Shown here one piece after another: positions 57,971 through 64,000 of a DNA stretch of 64,000 nt. The stretch spans positions 8,618,001 through 8,682,000 of the forward strand of contig OZ024755.1 of the NCBI GenBank assembly GCA_964016885.1. Reading direction: 5' to 3'. Position numbers and translations under genes: made by a program. How positions within the stretch are numbered: the first letter of the stretch is position 1; each line of letters starts with the position of its first letter. The notes beneath the pieces are model-generated. The model saw only the letters and a program-made list of their open reading frames with translations. It was not told the DNA's origin and did no database searches. Source of the DNA: Eledone cirrhosa. Taxonomy: Eukaryota.

Positions 57971-58081
57971 GTATATATATATATATATATACATATATAT
58001 ATTTGTAAACATATGCATATATACGTGTATATTTACATACATATATATGTGTGTATTTATAGATATATCTATGTATATATG

Positions 58082-58121
<40 letters not shown>

Positions 58122-58806
58122 AAAAGCTAAATGGAATGGTAACTGCTTGTGGTGTCTGCAAATGTATTTATCTTCCTACCCAGCTCTGGTTTATATAATA
58201 ATGACCAAGAAACCAAGAGAAATACTACCGCTGACTGGTTCTATTAAGATGTATGGTGTACGTTGCCTGTCAACCAAAACAATTAGTTATGAAGGATTAA
58301 ATAGAATAGATAGCATGGCGCCTTTTACGATGGATGTAGTATTTGTAAAATGCAGGAATAAGGAAATAATTTGATAGAAAGGTGTGCTTACGGAAATCCT
58401 GACACCTGGAACAAATTAAACTATTGCGCTGTGCTAAAAGGAAAATAATAAAATAACAATCTGAGAAAATTAAATGATGGTTAGATATTAGCAATGTTGT
58501 GATAGAATGATAAAAATGTGAGGACGTTGAAATAAATAATATGTTTTAGACTTTAGGTATACTTATTTGCATCTATTTACGTTGTGCAGTTCATTTCTGA
58601 AGAGATAGCCGCAATTCTACCACTGTGTTTAAGAATTTCGCACCAAAGCCATGTATTTGTGAGTTCTATCCCACATCTTGGCACCTATTTTTACTAAGGG
58701 TATGCCTTCAGACTGACTGGAGGTTTGAAGTGGAATCCTGCTCCCCAAACCGTCTCTCACTCTCTCTCTCTCTGTATATATATGTATGTATATATATCTA
58801 TATATA

Positions 58807-58859
<53 letters not shown>

Positions 58860-58933
58860 TATACACGGCTCAGAAATATTTCCTTCTTCGAGCTAATTCC
58901 ATTGTAAAAGAATTCATTACACTTAATAATAAT

Positions 58934-58972
<39 letters not shown>

Positions 58973-58974
<2 letters not shown>

Positions 58975-59167
58975 ACGAAGGAAATGTGGTAAGGAACCAG
59001 ATGGACCATAACGCACCAAAGTACTCAATACTTAGGGTAGTAAAGTGGGTAATAGGAACAAGTATGACAACGACGGCAGAGCTCAAGCCTTTTCGACTGC
59101 TAATTCGAGTCCAGAATTAGCCGTCGAAACGGCTTGAGCTCTGCCGTCGGGGTCATACTTTTTCCTA
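58973..59167 (-). mobile_element. Family A fold-back short element
   Basis: Family body plus hairpin centred on taattcgagtccagaatta; TA flanks. Confidence 0.92.
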
Positions 59168-59183
59168 TATATGTATAAACATA

Positions 59184-59286
<103 letters not shown>

Positions 59287-59940
59287 AATCTATTAAATGG
59301 CATTAATATTTACCAACTCATGTTCATAAGTCCGAAAACAAATATGTATAATTATGCTCAACAAATACTTATTATATGTATTATATATCTTTTTGAGTAT
59401 GTCTTTTTTTTAATCATTTCAGCAATGGCATATGATATAAACACATATTTTAACTACTACAAGAATGTATGTAACTGCGTATGTCTGGCTGTGTATATAA
59501 GAAAGAGAAAATCGCACAAAACGATGTTCTATGTATGAACTGAAACTTATTTTTAAACAGATTGCATTTAAATTCCATAAATATATTTCAAACCTCTAAA
59601 CGGCTGCAGATGTTGTCGGGCGTATGGAATAATATATGTCGAACAACTGCTACCCAACGAATTCTGCAGCATCAACATTAACTGCAGACTTTATCATCTG
59701 TACTATTACTTCATCTCGGACGATCTTCGAAGCTGGTCGGCATTAGCATCTAGCATGATGACGTTGATAAAACGAATGAATTACAGATTTTAAATAGCTA
59801 CATAGATTTTCTGTGAAAAGATTGCTTCTAATGAAATAATGGAGACTCTACTGGTATTTGTAAATTCTTTTAGTAACATCTTAATTTCATTTGGAATTCA
59901 TACGAACTACACATATATATATAAATTCCAAATGAAACAG

Positions 59941-59987
<47 letters not shown>

Positions 59988-60153
59988 GGGATTAAGAACG
60001 AATTGATATAATGTTCAAATCTATTTTTGCTTAAGATTATCACAGGTGACGATAGTAATCGTGTAATTCATATTGGTCGATATAGAAGTCGTATGAATAT
60101 ATTCGTATGTCATAAAATGCCGTTGAGAAACCATTATTATCATGCCTTATTCT

Positions 60154-60406
60154 TTACAATATTTTATTCCATGCATAGCCCGGTTGGCGAAAAGAAATTA
60201 TTGGTTTTTCTGTCTGTTGTCGGATTTCATTTCTTCTGCCCCATTTCTTCTCCATCATGTCTGATTTCTTTGAGCTAGAAATATCGTGCGTTATCTTCCT
60301 AGAATATTCATTTTTCTCTTTATCCCTCGGTTGGCAAAGAGACATTCGTGGTATTTCTGTCTGCATTCCGAATTCAGTTCTTTCCATCTTTTTTACTTCA
60401 TCTTGT
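60154..60406 (-). CDS. Candidate terminal exon, charged peptide with an internal repeat
   Basis: Acceptor gatcttatcttag; non-microsatellite open frame QDEVKKMERTEFGMQTEIPRMSLCQP..RRNEIRQQTEKPIISFRQPGYAWNKIL*. Confidence 0.3.
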
Positions 60407-60897
60407 CTAAGATAAGATCTGTGTGCTCAAAATATCGATGAATTAAAATATCGTTTGTTTTACTAAAATATGCATTTGAATTAACATTCAATCTTCGGTT
60501 TGTTTTTTTTACTAAATTTTACTTGAAATTCCCAATGCTTCATATTTTTTCTGAGAACTAATCATACTAACGCAAACTCATCTTGACGGGCTGCTGGTGA
60601 AAATTCTTGAATATCATTGGTTGACATTAACATCACAACAGAGAAAAAATAAATCCGAACAGAAAAAATTGAAGAGAATTTAATTTTGCATATCAACTAT
60701 TCCTGATGAATTATTCTGGAGATAGGAGAGGTGACATGTTTTTCATCAAACGTTATGGCGAATGGAGATATTGAATGAGAACTGCGATTGATCATTATAA
60801 AAAATCTCGATTCAATGTTAAAAAGTTTTAAACACCGAAAAATATGGATTCGAATATTGTTCGACGTTACATATATATATATATATATATATGCATA

Positions 60898-60956
<59 letters not shown>

Positions 60957-61051
60957 GACGATCGACTTTCGTCAAATCGGTCCGAGGGAAAAATGTTTCC
61001 GTTGGTCTTTCCAATTGATAATACTATCTATCGGTCGCAACTCCAGGTAGA

Positions 61052-61170
61052 AGGAGCAACGGGAAATAAAGTGTCTTGCTCAAGGACATAACGCATCGCC
61101 TGGTCCAGGAATCGAACTCACAACCTTACGATTGCGAATCCAATTCTCTAACCACTCAGCCACACGCCTT
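61052..61170 (-). mobile_element. tRNA-derived SINE of a second family, 5' part
   Basis: Minus strand A box TGGCTGAGTGG, B box GAGTTCGATTCC, then tgtccttgagcaagacacttta (CORE/V-type conserved block). Confidence 0.85.
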
Positions 61171-61510
61171 CACATATATATATATATATGTTGTTAGTCC
61201 TCAGAGGAATCTGAGGACTATCAACACACCCAGGAGCTGGACATATCGAGCAATTAACAGAGTGGAACACATTACAACAGCATGTTTACCTGTTCTTTCT
61301 ACATTAATTCTTAATGCTTCATGAGGTCACAGCGAATAATACCCGTCACTGAAATAAATATAGCAGAGAATTAGAATAAACGAAGCCAACTTTAACATGT
61401 TTGACTTATTATTTTACATAACTCGGGAGTAAACAATCCAACCAGCGTACTTCGTCGAGTGCTCCAACCTGCATACTGAGATGTCGGTAAACAACCAACT
61501 CATACTCAAA

Positions 61511-61612
<102 letters not shown>

Positions 61613-62113
61613 GTCTGGGTATGTGTGTGTGTGTGCGCGTGCGTGTGTGTGTGTGTGTAGATACACAGACAGGCACACACTCAGACTCACTCACAAACTG
61701 CCATTGTTTATATTTGTGAGGCTTTCCAAAATTACATATATAAACCTTCAACAATTTCATCATTTTCTGCCTACAACGTCAACAGTTGGCAAGTGTTCAA
61801 TATATACTTCAGTTTCGATGGAGAAATTCCGTTTTGAATGAGGTCACTTCAATATAGGGACCGGACGACCTTCTTTATTATAAAATGCATTGCTTTCAAC
61901 GATAAATTCAAATGGAGCCTTAATGCTATTATTGATCTTGTTTGAGAGTTACAGTCGAATTGCATTTATTGTCAGTCATCTCCACCATACTAGTTTTCAA
62001 TATTGCTTGACTCATTTGTGTTAGCAATTTTCGTTGTTGCTGGCTGAAAAGCAACTGGCATCTATGTACAATATAACCCCACCAAAATTCCCTTTTAATA
62101 CATATGTATACAT

Positions 62114-62176
<63 letters not shown>

Positions 62177-62381
62177 TACATATATACATATAGAGCGAGG
62201 TACAGATATATAGATATATATATACGCATATATATATATGCGTGTATATATATGTATATATATATATATATATATGTATATACAGAGAGAGAGAGAGGTA
62301 GATAGATAGAGATAGATAGAGATTTATAGATATATACATACACACATATATATATGTATGTATATATTTTTTTCTGTATAT

Positions 62382-62459
<78 letters not shown>

Positions 62460-64000
62460 GTTATATACTATAAGCTAATCTGATGAAAATGTATGATTTA
62501 TCGAGAGCTATATATTATGTCTCCGTTAATAAAATGCACGCATAGAAATCACAGCCATTATTTTTTCGTTACTGTGATTCACAAACGATGCATGGTTATA
62601 AAATTTTATATTATTTGTATGGAGACGTGTATGGTTTATTTATGATCATCACGAGCATGCGCACATGTCATGACTCATTAAACTTCGTATCCCATGGCTT
62701 TAAAAGTCAGACAAACGTTATACGATTTTAGTCATAATAAATTTTATGGTCATTTTTTCATATGCTTACTTACTCCAACTTGAGATTAGCACACACACAC
62801 ACATAGAAACACACACACACTGCATACACACATACAACCGTAATTCGTATCATAGGACATTACCCTTATAGTAAATGTTAATTAAGGACGTCTATTGTTT
62901 TGAAAGTCTGGTATTCTTGCTCAATCTATATTATAATTGCTGTACACCTCTTTTATTCGTCTCTAACACGAAGACTACCGTCTGTCAAAGATGTTCTAAA
63001 GTTTTATTGATTTTTTATGTATACAAAGTTATATGTATGCACTACTTTTAAATAACACTAGATACCCTATCCTCTGGCGCTTCACCCCACCTCTTTTCAA
63101 ACGATCCTCTTAAGAAGGAGGAGACGAAGAAATAAATACTGAATAGATAAACTGCAGGGATTTTAGCTTCATATTCGAGGTAGTGGACACAGCATACCTG
63201 AATGTTTAAGAGGATTGCTTCGCAATTATATGTATCCGGGCCCGATCCCTCTGTGCGACAACTTGACAAGTTTCATTTACCACAACCTGAGATCAACCTA
63301 AACCTTTTGTGGGAAATCGGGTTAACGGAAACTGTACGAAACCCAACAGATCAACTGTACCTATATTCAAAATATCAGATACTGTTTTCCATTGACTTGA
63401 TCTGAAAAATTCACTAAGGGTACATATGTCTAATTCAAAATTCCAGCGTTGTCATACACCATGTCATTTGAATCTCCCTGAGAATGACTTTCAGCATAGA
63501 TGTCTTTGTGGAAATGCTCAACTAGTTGCAAGTTAATTCTATAGGCAGACTGTTACGTTGATCGACCAACTATAGCACTCATCTTGATATGTGACGAAGG
63601 TCCATTTCATGCCTTCCATTGTATACTACTCATTCAAAGTTGGTGGTGTAGTTACTTTTATACAACAGAAAAAATACTGGCGATGTAGTCAAACAGATGT
63701 GTAACTAAATACGGAAATATGCGATAAAATTCAAAAATGTTTGAAAGTAAAACAAATTCTGAACTGTTTTATATTAGAAAAGGTAGAATATAAATAATGT
63801 TTAAATATACGAAAAGACAAAGACAAAATTATAGTTTCGAAATATTTAGAAACAGAATGGGTAAGTACATAAAATACATATTTAAAAGCATAATTCGGTA
63901 ATTCAATGCAATGCAATTTTATTATTGCCAAATATTTTCGCAATAACAAAATATTTCAAATATCTGTTTTCTCACAAAATAACATATTTTTGTTGTTTTA

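Noticed and set aside
61090-61170. tRNA gene, and likewise the other SINE heads
   Set aside because: A and B boxes run directly into SINE body sequence; no convincing acceptor stem.

Overview
AT-rich, repeat-dense animal genomic DNA, most likely an octopus or other cephalopod (inferred from the very high (TA)n density and the SINE types; not verified). Almost every ORF in the supplied track is a microsatellite artefact. Supported content: (1) a young, 5'-truncated Tx1/L1-clade LINE with an uninterrupted RT to zf-RVT frame (22455-24232), flanked by TATC repeats; (2) a 5'-truncated CRE-like non-LTR element with a restriction-like endonuclease (54144-54712, minus); (3) an old RTE (Expander/Rex3-like) remnant near 46 kb; (4) many tRNA-derived SINEs, several with target-site duplications; (5) a TTAA-flanked palindromic MITE, minisatellites and local duplications; (6) scattered low-confidence candidate exons, some resembling a glutamate-receptor-type N-terminal domain and one a TM-containing last exon. 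The most unusual signal is a set of short non-coding elements, mostly embedded in (TA)n or (GA)n tracts. Several carry minimal type-I hammerhead ribozyme motifs of the Penelope-like-element kind (best at 44228-44294, 12259-12318 and 39508-39547). They are repeatedly folded back into long hairpins at or near the ribozyme. Four of the families share a short 3' hairpin/pseudoknot-like motif. One family has 9 copies here, and in several copies the two hairpin arms co-vary.
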